From: Patescibacteria group bacterium
Lineage (GTDB): Bacteria > Patescibacteriota > Minisyncoccia > UBA6257 > JACRHW01
Length of the DNA: 64,000 bases
Assembly: GCA_028865725.1 (NCBI GenBank)
Contig: JAGWJP010000003.1
Location: forward strand, 65,697 to 129,696
Direction: 5' to 3'
The position numbers and the translations under genes are program-made. Below are positions 1 to 8,831 of the stretch, piece after piece. Below the pieces are notes generated by a model. That model had not been told where the DNA came from, searched no databases, and was given only the letters and a program-made list of their open reading frames with translations. Each line of letters starts with the position of its first letter. Position 1 is the stretch's first letter.

Positions 1-303
1 CTCTGTAATGTATTTAGTTCGCGTTTAAACGATATTACTATCCACATACTTCCTAAGGATAATAGTATTACCATTCGTTCTTCTAACGCGATTCTAGGCT
101 CTGGAGAGATAACAATACAAGGACAAGTAACGGGAATAGAACAATCATTTCGTATGAATGCACGTTATTTTCAAGACGGTCTGAAATCGATTGATGATAC
201 AAATTTAAAAATTTCTATTGTGAATGCGGAAAAACCAATAAAAATAGAACCAATTGTTGATAAGAATGGTTACGCAATCATTATGCCTATTAAAATGAAT
301 TAA
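1..303 (+). CDS. dnaN: DNA polymerase III beta sliding clamp, C-terminal fragment (5' end outside window)
   Basis: Frame ending at TAA 301-303 translates to ...ITIRSSNAILGSGEITIQGQ...FRMNARYFQDGLKSIDDTNLKISIVNAEKPIKIEPI...AIIMPIKMN. This is typical of clamp domain III; the next gene is a small DUF721-like ORF, as often seen after dnaN. Confidence 0.8.
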   Translation, partial: LCNVFSSRLNDITIHILPKDNSITIRSSNAILGSGEITIQGQVTGIEQSFRMNARYFQDGLKSIDDTNLKISIVNAEKPIKIEPIVDKNGYAIIMPIKMN

Positions 304-311
304 AGAGGATT

Positions 312-566
312 ATGTATCGTTCTTTTCAAGAACTTGCTGAAAAGAAATACGCACGCATGCTTTCTCGAAACGCAGTGACACGTGTTTGTAATCAAATTAT
401 TGATGATATGGTAAAAGGAGATGCATATATAGAAAAACAGATAGGGTCTGTTCTTGTTATTAAATGTAAAAATAGTTCTGTCGCTTCATTTTTGAAAGTA
501 CGTGAAAAAGGTATATTAGATGCTCTTAAATTACATCGGATTACTGCATTACGCTATAAATTTTAG
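312..566 (+). CDS. small hypothetical protein; possibly DUF721/DciA-like, based on position after dnaN only
   Basis: 84-aa ORF 8 nt downstream of dnaN; basic and Lys-rich; no motif I can name from sequence alone. Confidence 0.45.
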   Translation: MYRSFQELAEKKYARMLSRNAVTRVCNQIIDDMVKGDAYIEKQIGSVLVIKCKNSSVASFLKVREKGILDALKLHRITALRYKF

Positions 567-631
567 TTTTTTTCACACTGATCGTTTTATGAGGTCTGAG
601 ATGAGTATCTCACCTGTAATGGAGAAGAAGC

Positions 632-3061
632 TTATTTTTTGAACAAGATAATTTCTTTTGAACTTGTTACTCCAAGTTTATTCATTACTTCTATACGAAG
701 TGAGTTTTGTGTTTGAATTTCTGTTGAAGACACTGTGAGATGAATAGAAGAAGAGGGATTGGATATTTCTTGAATGAGTACGTTATTGAAAAAGATTTTT
801 ATTGATTGTGGAATCGCGTTGAAAGTACTTGAAATAGAAAATGGTGATGAAATATAGTCACCGTTTTTTGGATTATTAATAGAAATTTGAATAGGATTAC
901 TTTCTTGAGGATCTGTTTGTAGTATCGTATTGATGTAATTTTGAGGAAGCGTGTTTATTGAAGTAGCACTAAAATGTTTAGCCGCCCACTGTGCGACAGG
1001 CTGTTCCCAATTTTTAAATTGCGGATCAATGTTTGGATTATCAGGATAATTTCCTTGCGGATCATCCTTATTGACATAATATAGGATGGAATGTATTTCA
1101 TCATGTGATTTTCCATCACTACCAGTAATGGGTATAATATACTGTCCATTAAGCATGGGTTTTTTACTTGAAACAGGATTTGCCGGCGTAAATTTTTCAT
1201 TAGGACGAGTTGGTAATATTTGAGTATAAAAATCGTTGAGCATAGGTACTGCAGCAAGGATACTTCCCGCACTTTTTTGCATGGGAGTGTTGTCATTATT
1301 TCCTGCCCATATTCCTGTGACAATATTTGGCGTATAGGCAAATACCCATGCATCGCGGTAATCATTTGTGGTTCCTGTTTTTGCCGCGACGTCATATCCT
1401 TGAAAATAGAGGGGACCATGAGGCGAGAATAAACGCGAACGTGCACTATCGCTTGAAAGAATATCAGTGATTTCACGTGTATATTGCGGATCTACTACCG
1501 GGGTTACGGTATCATTGTAGGTTTCCAACACTTTTCCATCATTGGTAGTCACACTGAGAATAAATTGCTGTTTATGTTCTGTTCCTTCTTGAGAAAGAAT
1601 TGAATACGCGTTTACCATATCAATAAGTTTGACTTCTCCGCCCCCCAATACAAGAGAAAGTCCATAACGATTTGGATCATTTAATGTGGTAATACCGAAT
1701 TTTTGTGCCATATTAATGACATCCTTGATTCCTGCAAGATAGAGTACTTTTACTGATGGCACGTTTAAACTATTGCCTAATGCATCACGCAATGTGGTAG
1801 GTCCTCCAAATTGTCCATCAAAATTTTCTGGCCTATAGCTGTTGTGAGGATCTCCCGATGTATCAAATTCCGTGGGAAGGTCAAAAACAATTGTTTGAGG
1901 AGTATATCCTTTTGTAAACGCCGTAAGATAAACAAACGGTTTGAATGACGATCCTGGTTGGCGTAATCCTTGTGTAGCAACGTCAAAATTTCCATCATGA
2001 GCAACATCAAAATAATCATGAGAACCTACTAGACTGATAATTTGGCCTGTTTTTGGATCTTCACTTACCAACGCGGCGTTAGTTCCTTTGTAAAGTTCGG
2101 TATTACGTTGTGCTCCTCTTGCAACAACGTCTTCCGCAATTTGTTGAGTAGGCCAATCGAGAGTGGTAATGACATTTAATCCCGCGCTTTTTACATAATC
2201 TTCTCCATATTGTTTGTTAAGATAATCAATGACCATCATCACAAAATGTGGAGCACGAATAGAAACTTTTTGAGGTGCGAATGTAATAGATTCTTGAAGA
2301 GCATTATTATATTCCGTATCAGTAATCCAACCCAAATCCTTCATGATTTTTAATCCATAATGGGCCCTGTTTAACAATTCTTGTTTGTGGATTCCATACG
2401 GTGAATAGTAGGAAGGTGCTTGGGGAAGAGAGGCTAAAATGGCAGCTTCAGCAAGCGTAAGATCTTTTGCTGATTTATTGAAATAACTTTGACTTGCGGC
2501 TTCTATTCCATAAGCGTTGCCTCCATAAGGAATATCGTTCAAGTAGAGGTTCAAAATTTCATCCTTTGAATAACGGCGTTCTAATTTGTATGCTAGTATA
2601 ATCTCTTTTATTTTTCGTGTAATTGTTTTTTGAGGATCAAGAAGAGTATTTTTGACCAACTGCTGTGTAATTGTCGATCCTCCTTCAACTGTTTGTCCTT
2701 GTATAATGTCAGTTACCAGGGCACGAAGTGTTCCTTTTATGCTAAATGCCGAGTGATTGTAAAAATCCTTATCTTCTAAGGCGAGTGTCGCTTTTTTTAC
2801 ATAGTCCGGAATTTCATCGAATGCAATAGGAGTTCTTTTTTGGTCCCCATAAAGATCATAAAGAAGAACTTGTCCCGTCCTATCATATATTTTTGTCGTT
2901 TGAGGAGCAGGTTGATCGCTGAAATTATCAACTTGTGGAAGGGTGAGTGTCTCATACGTTATTAGGACAAATATTCCAAAAAAAATGAGAAAAGCAATAC
3001 ATACGCCCCCAATGAGGAGGAATTTCATAAACGACCTTTTTTTATTTTTTTGTGTAGTCAT
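632..3061 (-). CDS. class A penicillin-binding protein (bifunctional transglycosylase/transpeptidase, PBP1A-type)
   Basis: N-terminal TM helix. GT51 motifs (EDKDFYNH, IPYGGNAYGIEAASQSYF, QAPSYYSPY). Transpeptidase motifs SGSSFKPF (SxxK) and KTGTT (KTG). Confidence 0.92.
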   Translation of the reverse strand: MTTQKNKKRSFMKFLLIGGVCIAFLIFFGIFVLITYETLTLPQVDNFSDQPAPQTTKIYDRTGQVLLYDLYGDQKRTPIAFDEIPDYVKKATLALEDKDFYNHSAFSIKGTLRALVTDIIQGQTVEGGSTITQQLVKNTLLDPQKTITRKIKEIILAYKLERRYSKDEILNLYLNDIPYGGNAYGIEAASQSYFNKSAKDLTLAEAAILASLPQAPSYYSPYGIHKQELLNRAHYGLKIMKDLGWITDTEYNNALQESITFAPQKVSIRAPHFVMMVIDYLNKQYGEDYVKSAGLNVITTLDWPTQQIAEDVVARGAQRNTELYKGTNAALVSEDPKTGQIISLVGSHDYFDVAHDGNFDVATQGLRQPGSSFKPFVYLTAFTKGYTPQTIVFDLPTEFDTSGDPHNSYRPENFDGQFGGPTTLRDALGNSLNVPSVKVLYLAGIKDVINMAQKFGITTLNDPNRYGLSLVLGGGEVKLIDMVNAYSILSQEGTEHKQQFILSVTTNDGKVLETYNDTVTPVVDPQYTREITDILSSDSARSRLFSPHGPLYFQGYDVAAKTGTTNDYRDAWVFAYTPNIVTGIWAGNNDNTPMQKSAGSILAAVPMLNDFYTQILPTRPNEKFTPANPVSSKKPMLNGQYIIPITGSDGKSHDEIHSILYYVNKDDPQGNYPDNPNIDPQFKNWEQPVAQWAAKHFSATSINTLPQNYINTILQTDPQESNPIQISINNPKNGDYISSPFSISSTFNAIPQSIKIFFNNVLIQEISNPSSSIHLTVSSTEIQTQNSLRIEVMNKLGVTSSKEIILFKK

Positions 3062-3107
3062 TGATTATGTGATTATTATGTCTCATTTTATTTGTTTTAT
3101 CAATACC

Positions 3108-3131
3108 TAAAAACCCCGTTAGGGGGTCTTA
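3108..3131 (-). terminator. rho-independent terminator (minus strand) downstream of small acidic ORF
   Basis: Minus strand reads GACCCCC-TAAC-GGGGT followed by TTTTTAGG. The hairpin is nearly identical in style to the terminator at 21259-21282. Confidence 0.55.
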
Positions 3132-3158
3132 GGTATTGATCACTATGTATATAAATTG

Positions 3159-3356
3159 CTATATTTCCTCTTCGTCATCATTATCATCATCGTCTTCTTC
3201 CTCCTCCTCTTCGTCATCATTATCATCATCGTCTTCTTCCCCATCGTTTAGGGTTTCATCTTCTTCTGCCGGCTCTTCATCAAACCACTCTTCTTCCTCG
3301 CTACCTTGTCCTTTTTTTATGGTATTAGTAACAAATAATGAATTATACACTGCCAT
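3159..3356 (-). CDS. small, extremely acidic low-complexity protein (poly-Asp/Glu tail)
   Basis: 65-aa ORF ending in DDDDNDDEEEEEEDDDDNDDEEEI; contains a ~42-bp tandem duplication (cttcgtcatcattatcatcatcgtcttcttcc x2). A minus-strand terminator lies immediately downstream. The antisense frame gives a poly-Ser ORF, so the coding strand is uncertain. Confidence 0.35.
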   Translation of the reverse strand: MAVYNSLFVTNTIKKGQGSEEEEWFDEEPAEEDETLNDGEEDDDDNDDEEEEEEDDDDNDDEEEI

Positions 3357-3482
3357 AGTATTTGGGTCTTCTTACCGACCTTTTTGTTATTTTGTTCGTA
3401 TTGTAGTGTTTTTAATGACAGTGTCAAGATGTGAATATGAGGTCTTTAATATGTCATATTATGACAGTATTTTCTAGGGCAT

Positions 3483-3511
3483 TTGACAAATTTTAATAAG
3501 TTTATTAGAAT
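3483..3511 (+). promoter_or_regulatory. sigma70-type promoter upstream of nusA (TTGACA-N17-TAGAAT)
   Basis: TTGACA at 3483-3488, exactly 17-nt spacer, TAGAAT at 3506-3511, about 100 nt upstream of the nusA start. Confidence 0.6.
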
Positions 3512-3541
3512 GTATATTGAAGTATGGTTTGAATCCTGTTA

Positions 3542-3564
3542 ATGTCCGCCCGAGGGGCGGACAT
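3542..3564 (+). promoter_or_regulatory. perfect 10-bp palindrome/hairpin in nusA 5' leader (ATGTCCGCCC-GAG-GGGCGGACAT)
   Basis: Seen directly; GC-rich stem in an AT-rich leader, followed by a U-rich tract (UAUAGUUUUCUC). Possible attenuator or regulatory structure. Confidence 0.45.
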
Positions 3565-3612
3565 TATAGTTTTCTCAAGTATTATTCAACTAATTCCCAT
3601 ATATTTTTTATT

Positions 3613-4842
3613 ATGTTTGATTTAAAGAATTTTTCCTCTGCAATTGAACAAATAGCTGAGGAGCGTAATATTACTAAAGAATCTATCGTTGAGGCAATTG
3701 AAGCGGCTGTTGCGACCGCGTATCGCAAAGAGTACGGAAGCAAAGGAGAACACATTCGTGCAAAACTAGATCTTGAAACGGGAACGTTTCAGTTTTGGCA
3801 AGTGAAGACTGTGCTTGATGAGAGTATGGTAAAAACAGAAGAAGAGATTGCACAAGAGGCAGCAGAAGATTATATCCCCCACGAGCTACAGGAAGGTGAA
3901 GTAAAAAAATATGTGTTTAATCCAGAACACCATATTATGCTTGATGAAGCTCAAATAGATGATCCAAAGATTCAAGTGGGAGATGAAGTAACTTATCCTT
4001 TGGAGCCTCACGCTGATTTTGGACGTATTGCAGCACAAGCAGCAAAACAGGTGGTGTTGCAGAAAATTCGTGAAGCTGAAAAGACTACCGTTTATCAGGA
4101 ATATAAACAAAAGGAGGGAACATTGGTAAGCGGTCTTATCCAACGCATTGAAGGAAGAAACGTCTATGTTGATTTAGGAAAGACAGTGGGTATTATGTAT
4201 GCGAATGAAGGCATTTATGATGAACGATACCGTATTGGCGAGCGGCGACGTTTTTATATTCTTGCGGTACAGGAAGACATGAAAGGTCCTGCGGTTATTC
4301 TTTCCCGCGCTCATCCTCAATTTGTAGCAAAATTATTTGAAATAGAAGTCCCCGAGATAAATGATAATATTGTAGAAATTAAAGCAATTGCGCGTGAACC
4401 AGGAAGTCGCACCAAAATAGCAGTCGTAACTCATGTAGAGGCTATAGATCCTATTGGTTCATGTGTGGGTCAGAAAGGAACACGTGTGATGGCGGTTATG
4501 AACGAATTAGGAGGAGAAAAAATTGATATTATCGCATGGTCTGAAGATCCGGCCACATTTATTACTAATGCGCTTTCTCCCGCAAAAGTACAAGATATCG
4601 AGATCCACCCTTATCGAGAAGCGTTGGTATATGTGGCCCCGGAACAAATCAGCCTTGCTATTGGAAGAAGTGGACAAAATGTACGTCTCGCTGCGCGTCT
4701 TACAAATTGGAAGATTGACGTTCGTTCCTCGGAGAAACCAGAAGAGTCTGTAGAGGGGGGGGTGGCGGCCATTTCTGAAGAGGGAGAACAGGAAACAGTT
4801 GTTACTTCGGGAGATTCGGAACATAAAAACGAAATAGAATAA
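3613..4842 (+). CDS. nusA: transcription termination/antitermination factor NusA
   Basis: NusA N-terminal domain motif AIEQIAEERNI...EAIEAAV..AYRK, S1 region and KH domains (DPIGSCVGQKGTRV; AIGRSGQNVRLAARLT). Start chosen at the internal Met (MFDLKNF), which matches the NusA N-terminus. Confidence 0.93.
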   Translation: MFDLKNFSSAIEQIAEERNITKESIVEAIEAAVATAYRKEYGSKGEHIRAKLDLETGTFQFWQVKTVLDESMVKTEEEIAQEAAEDYIPHELQEGEVKKYVFNPEHHIMLDEAQIDDPKIQVGDEVTYPLEPHADFGRIAAQAAKQVVLQKIREAEKTTVYQEYKQKEGTLVSGLIQRIEGRNVYVDLGKTVGIMYANEGIYDERYRIGERRRFYILAVQEDMKGPAVILSRAHPQFVAKLFEIEVPEINDNIVEIKAIAREPGSRTKIAVVTHVEAIDPIGSCVGQKGTRVMAVMNELGGEKIDIIAWSEDPATFITNALSPAKVQDIEIHPYREALVYVAPEQISLAIGRSGQNVRLAARLTNWKIDVRSSEKPEESVEGGVAAISEEGEQETVVTSGDSEHKNEIE

Positions 4843-4866
4843 CCTTATTTATCCATTTCCCTTCTC

Positions 4867-5814
4867 ATGAATATCATTTTGCCTGATTATAAACAACTTG
4901 CCCACGATTTTTTTGAAAATAACCAAAAAAATCTTGAAGTACCCGAAGCGAAATATGCGGAAGCTATGTTGTGGCTTCAACGTGCACGTGCCCAATATAT
5001 TGCACTTAATCGTCCTGCCGAAGAGGGAGACATTGTCGATATTGATTTTGATACGACAGTGCATAATGTTCCGCTTGAAGGAGGGAGTGGAAAACATCAG
5101 AAATTTGTGCTGGGAAAAGGAAAGTTTGTACCGGGGTTTGAAGAACGTATTCAGGGGATGAGTATAGGGGAAACAAGAACGTTCACCCTTACAGCACCTG
5201 CCGATTATTGGCTTACTGAATTACGCGAAAAACCTCTTACATTTTCAGTTTTTCTCCATAATGTGCAAAAAGAAGTTCTTCCCGAATTAGATGATGCCTT
5301 CGCGCGGTCCATTGGCAGATTTGAAAATCTTGCTGAATTAAAAAAGAATATAGACGAAGGTCTTCATGAAGAACAAAAAGAAACAGAAAAACGTCGTTTG
5401 CGTGCAATGCTTCTCGATGTGTTAGCGCGCGAGACGCGCGCTCCTATTGAGCCGGAGGCTATCGACAGGGAAGCGGAGCGCATTGTGGATGAGTTTAAGG
5501 CATCGTTGGGATCGAATAGTGGTAATTTTTTGAAGTATTTGGCACAAGTGGGAAAAACAGAAGATTCCCTTAAACAAGAATTACACGGTGAGGCAGAAAA
5601 AAATATTACCATTGCTCTTCTTCTTGGCCATATTGCTGTCAGAGAGAATATTACAGTATCAGAAGGTGAGATTACCAAAAAAGTTCAAGAATTGATTGAA
5701 ACAAGCAAAGATTCCGAAAAACCCAAAAAAGAGGATTTGCCGTCACTTTCGATGTATGTTAAGAATATGTTGGTCGCAGAAAAAGTGCTGGTATTTTTAG
5801 AGGACCAGGCATAA
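4867..5814 (+). CDS. tig: trigger factor lacking the N-terminal ribosome-binding domain (FKBP PPIase + C-terminal chaperone domain only)
   Basis: FKBP-type PPIase block GDIVDIDFD...GKGKFVPGFEERIQGMSIGETRTF. C-domain resembles E. coli TF (PELDDAFARSIG ~ PELTAEFIKRFG; ALLLGHIAVRENI ~ GLLLGEVIRTNEL). Followed by clpP, the classic tig-clpP synteny. Only 24 nt separate it from nusA, so no room for an N-domain. Confidence 0.85.
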   Translation: MNIILPDYKQLAHDFFENNQKNLEVPEAKYAEAMLWLQRARAQYIALNRPAEEGDIVDIDFDTTVHNVPLEGGSGKHQKFVLGKGKFVPGFEERIQGMSIGETRTFTLTAPADYWLTELREKPLTFSVFLHNVQKEVLPELDDAFARSIGRFENLAELKKNIDEGLHEEQKETEKRRLRAMLLDVLARETRAPIEPEAIDREAERIVDEFKASLGSNSGNFLKYLAQVGKTEDSLKQELHGEAEKNITIALLLGHIAVRENITVSEGEITKKVQELIETSKDSEKPKKEDLPSLSMYVKNMLVAEKVLVFLEDQA

Positions 5815-5845
5815 CAGTAATTAATAATATAATTTTTACGTAGAT

Positions 5846-6436
5846 ATGAATTTAATTCCTACTGTCATAGAAAAGTCGAGCATGGGGGAGCGTGCATATG
5901 ATATTTATTCACGCTTACTCGAGGAGCGTATTATATTTTTAGGAGGGCCCATTAATGACGCGATTGCGAACACGATTATCGCCCAAATGCTATATCTTGA
6001 GCATGTAGATCCTAAGAAAGACATCCTTTTTTATATCAATTCTCCCGGTGGAATGGTTACCGCGGGGCTTGCTATTTATGATACGATGCAAGCGATTAGG
6101 CCTGATACATCTACTGTGTGTGTGGGTGTTGCTGCATCAATGGCGGCAGTATTGCTCGGTGGCGGTAAAAAAGGAAAGCGTCTTGCACTTCCAAATGCTG
6201 AAATGCTTTTGCATCAGGTTATGATGGATGGAGTGGGGGGGCAGGCAACGGAGATTGAAATTACGGCAAAACAGGTTCTTAAAATGAAAGATCAATTAAA
6301 TCAAATTCTCTCAAAGCATACAGGCCAAACTCTTGCAAGAATAGAAAAAGATACCGATCGTGATTTTTATCTTTCTTCTGAAGAGGCAAAAAAGTATGGA
6401 CTGATTGATGATATTATTAAACCACTGAAAAAGTAA
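5846..6436 (+). CDS. clpP: ATP-dependent Clp protease proteolytic subunit ClpP
   Basis: ClpP signature YINSPGG, catalytic Ser in [11 protein letters not shown], His in EMLLHQ, Asp in DTDRDFYLS. Confidence 0.95.
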   Translation: MNLIPTVIEKSSMGERAYDIYSRLLEERIIFLGGPINDAIANTIIAQMLYLEHVDPKKDILFYINSPGGMVTAGLAIYDTMQAIRPDTSTVCVGVAASMAAVLLGGGKKGKRLALPNAEMLLHQVMMDGVGGQATEIEITAKQVLKMKDQLNQILSKHTGQTLARIEKDTDRDFYLSSEEAKKYGLIDDIIKPLKK

Positions 6437-6440
6437 TTCA

Positions 6441-6560
6441 AAAACCTTCGATATTGGCACATAGCTTTGTCGGAAACTGAGTTTTTTATTCGTCGTATTA
6501 CAATACGCCTCATAAAAAGCCTCGTTTCCTTCGCGCTCTGTATCCAATCTCGAAGGTTTT
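6441..6560. repeat. long imperfect inverted repeat (17/18 bp arms about 85 nt apart) immediately after clpP
   Basis: AAAAACCTTCGATATTGG (6441-6458) pairs with CCAATCTCGAAGGTTTTT (6543-6560); possible large terminator or structured element. Confidence 0.4.
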
Positions 6561-6656
6561 TGCGACAGATTGGATCAGATATTATAGGGCGTAAATGATC
6601 TTGTGAAGTTTGTGTATATTTGGTATTTTGTATATGTCTACTTTAGGCAGACTGAA

Positions 6657-6727
6657 GCGGGATTAGTATAGTGGTAGTACGCGACCTTGCCAAGGTCAAG
6701 GCGCCAGTTCGATTCTGGTATCCCGCT
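6657..6727 (+). tRNA. tRNA-Gly (anticodon GCC)
   Basis: Cloverleaf deduced by eye: acceptor GCGGGAT/ATCCCGC, T-arm GCCAG-TTCGATT-CTGGT, anticodon loop TTGCCAA. 71 nt, no encoded CCA. Confidence 0.88.
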
Positions 6728-6935
6728 CAGATGAAGTTTTTGGCTAAAAAACCCTTGAACAAATCAGAGTTTTTTGGTTTGAGTAGGTTGGAAAATTTGT
6801 TTTATTCTGAGTTTTCACTCATCCGACAGATATTTATTCGCACAACATTTTGAACGTTCCCCGCAGCCGACAAACTGGACAAATATAATACTATATTGTT
6901 TTTAGTTCGTCGAAAGTCGAAAAAGGAGGAAACAG

Positions 6936-7563
6936 ATGAGGATGAGGACAAATTACAATTTCATCCTTGGCGTTGTGATGGCGGCGGTACTTACCGCCAT
7001 GTCACCTTTTCTCGTCGGGTATCATCCGAGTTTTGGAATGTTTCTGATTTTTTTCCTCGTTTCATACCCCTACAAGGTAGGTAAGAACATTTATGGAATT
7101 TTTGGAGGATTCGCCACTGAAGGAAATTCCTATGCGCTTCTCGGTATTATTCAGGCTGCGAAATACGATGCTATCCAAGTTTGCGGCGTATCTCTTTATC
7201 AGAAAGCCGGAGAGGATGCATCCCAAGTTTTTGGTCTTTCTTTGTATCAGTACGCAGGACGTGACGCAGCACAGATGTTTGGAATATCTTTGTGCCAATA
7301 TGCAGGAAATAGTGTCGGGCAGTTCATTGGGATTTCCTTATATCAGGAGGGGGCGGGATTGGATGGCAGAGCAATGCATCGGCATTTCTATCTATCAACG
7401 AGCAAGGTGTGACGCGATACAATGCCTTGGCCTCTCCTTGTGCCAATGTGCGGAAAGAAATGTCAGACACGCATTTGGCATCTCTCTTTATCAATGTGCA
7501 ACAAGAGGAAACATCGAACAATGTTTTGGCATTTCGTTGTTTTCAAGAAAGAAGGAGGATTAG
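6936..7563 (+). pseudogene. membrane-anchored 16-aa tandem-repeat protein, interrupted by a frameshift at a G-tract (pseudogene or phase-variable gene)
   Basis: Hydrophobic N-terminus, then about 8 repeats of 48 bp (GxSLYQxAGxDAxQxF). The repeat continues from the frame of ORF 6936-7412 into ORF 7093-7563 at ~7345-7365 (caGGAGGGGGCGGGAttgg). Confidence 0.5.
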
Positions 7564-7750
7564 GGTTATCGAACTTCTGGCAATGTCCAGAGGTTTTTCA
7601 TTTTAAATAAACTTTAATTTTCTCAACCAATCAATAAATCAAATTCGACATTGTAAAAATTATTCGGACTGAAAATTCCCGCGGTCTCATGGTTTCTGGC
7701 TTGTGCGAATGGTCGGTAGAATTTAAATCATAACATGATATACTTCTTTT

Positions 7751-8104
7751 ATGGAAAAGATACCGCAGAAACAAGAACAGGTTTCTCTTTATGAAGTCAA
7801 GATTGCTATGGAATCAGACGAGAACTCTATTTTCTTGAACCTTGAAAGGAGGGGACTTGCACAATTCATTGTTACAAAAAATTTTGATATTTTCATAACA
7901 CATCTTGGACATGATGCATTACGTTTTGCAAATGGTCTTCAGTGGAACGATATAACATTCCGTGGATATGCGCGTAAAAATAACAATACCATTGAGGTTT
8001 ATTTTTATGACAAACCGGCAGAAAAGGAAAGAGAAGATATTGAAAAAGTTATAAAGAGGTTTTTAGGATCACTACATGTTCAAGGTTCAGAGAAAAAGTT
8101 CTAA
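7751..8104 (+). CDS. hypothetical protein
   Basis: 117-aa ORF, no recognisable motif. Confidence 0.45.
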   Translation: MEKIPQKQEQVSLYEVKIAMESDENSIFLNLERRGLAQFIVTKNFDIFITHLGHDALRFANGLQWNDITFRGYARKNNNTIEVYFYDKPAEKEREDIEKVIKRFLGSLHVQGSEKKF

Positions 8105-8131
8105 CGCATTTTTTGTGTGATCTCTTTTCCG

Positions 8132-8428
8132 TTAAAGTTTGCGATGTCTTTTGTCCCACAACACCAAGAGGAAGGGGGATAGCACACTCGTGATTATCAG
8201 AAAAAGTGCAATGAGTTGTTTTGAGTTATTTGTAAAAAAATCCGCCTGTTGTAAGAGGAGAATGAGGACGCTTATTTCGATACCAAAAATGAGAAGCAGG
8301 GCGGCTAAAATTTTAAGATCACCCCAGAATTTTTTTGGATGATAGTGTGCGTCATATCGCATGCGTTCTATCGCCTGTATGGCTACCATGAACATCAAAA
8401 GTGAAATGGTAATATCGTAAGCATTCAT
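8132..8428 (-). CDS. hypothetical small membrane protein (2-3 TM helices)
   Basis: 98-aa hydrophobic ORF. Confidence 0.4.
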   Translation of the reverse strand: MNAYDITISLLMFMVAIQAIERMRYDAHYHPKKFWGDLKILAALLLIFGIEISVLILLLQQADFFTNNSKQLIALFLIITSVLSPFLLVLWDKRHRKL

Positions 8429-8564
8429 AGGTTAAGTATAACATGGGACGGTACATATTATGCACATCATATCGTTTCGTGTTGTGCTATACTAAAGTTA
8501 ACATGCTGGATACATCTGAGATCGTTGCAGCATAAAGGTCGCCGCATTTATAATATTTTATATT

Positions 8565-8768
8565 ATGTCATTACATAAAATTGCATACGTTCTTCTTTTA
8601 ATCGGAGGTCTCAACTGGCTTCTTGTGGGCGGTTTTCATTGGAGCCTCGGGTTACTTTTCGGAGGAGACATGGCAATGGCTTCTCGCGTGATTTATGTAT
8701 TAGTGGGGCTTTCTGCATTGTACGAGTTATTTTCTCATAAGGGACGATGTAAAGAGTGCGCCATGTAA
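8565..8768 (+). CDS. DUF378-family small membrane protein
   Basis: IGGLNWLLVGGF motif characteristic of DUF378; 67 aa, two TM helices. Confidence 0.7.
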   Translation: MSLHKIAYVLLLIGGLNWLLVGGFHWSLGLLFGGDMAMASRVIYVLVGLSALYELFSHKGRCKECAM

Positions 8769-8784
8769 CTTTTTGGGATAAGAT

Positions 8785-8814
8785 AAAAAACAGCCTTTAA
8801 TCGGGCTGTTTTTT
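8785..8814. terminator. rho-independent terminator (bidirectional; between DUF378 gene and pilin gene)
   Basis: AAAAAACAGCC-TTTAATCG-GGCTGTTTTTT. Confidence 0.65.
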
Positions 8815-8831
8815 ATACAAGGCGGCATGTC

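Noticed and set aside
955-1476. 173-aa ORF antisense to the PBP gene; similar antisense ORFs at 37786-38412, 40535-41131, 45005-45868, 30855-31217 and others
   Set aside because: Fully embedded antisense to well-supported conserved genes; odd amino-acid composition; typical shadow ORFs.
3517-3612. Upstream extension of nusA called by the ORF track (MKYGLNPVNV...)
   Set aside because: The extension overlaps the predicted promoter and leader hairpin, and the internal Met (MFDLKNF) matches the canonical NusA N-terminus.
6671-6853. 60-aa ORF overlapping tRNA-Gly
   Set aside because: Overlaps a confidently folded tRNA; no RBS; spurious.
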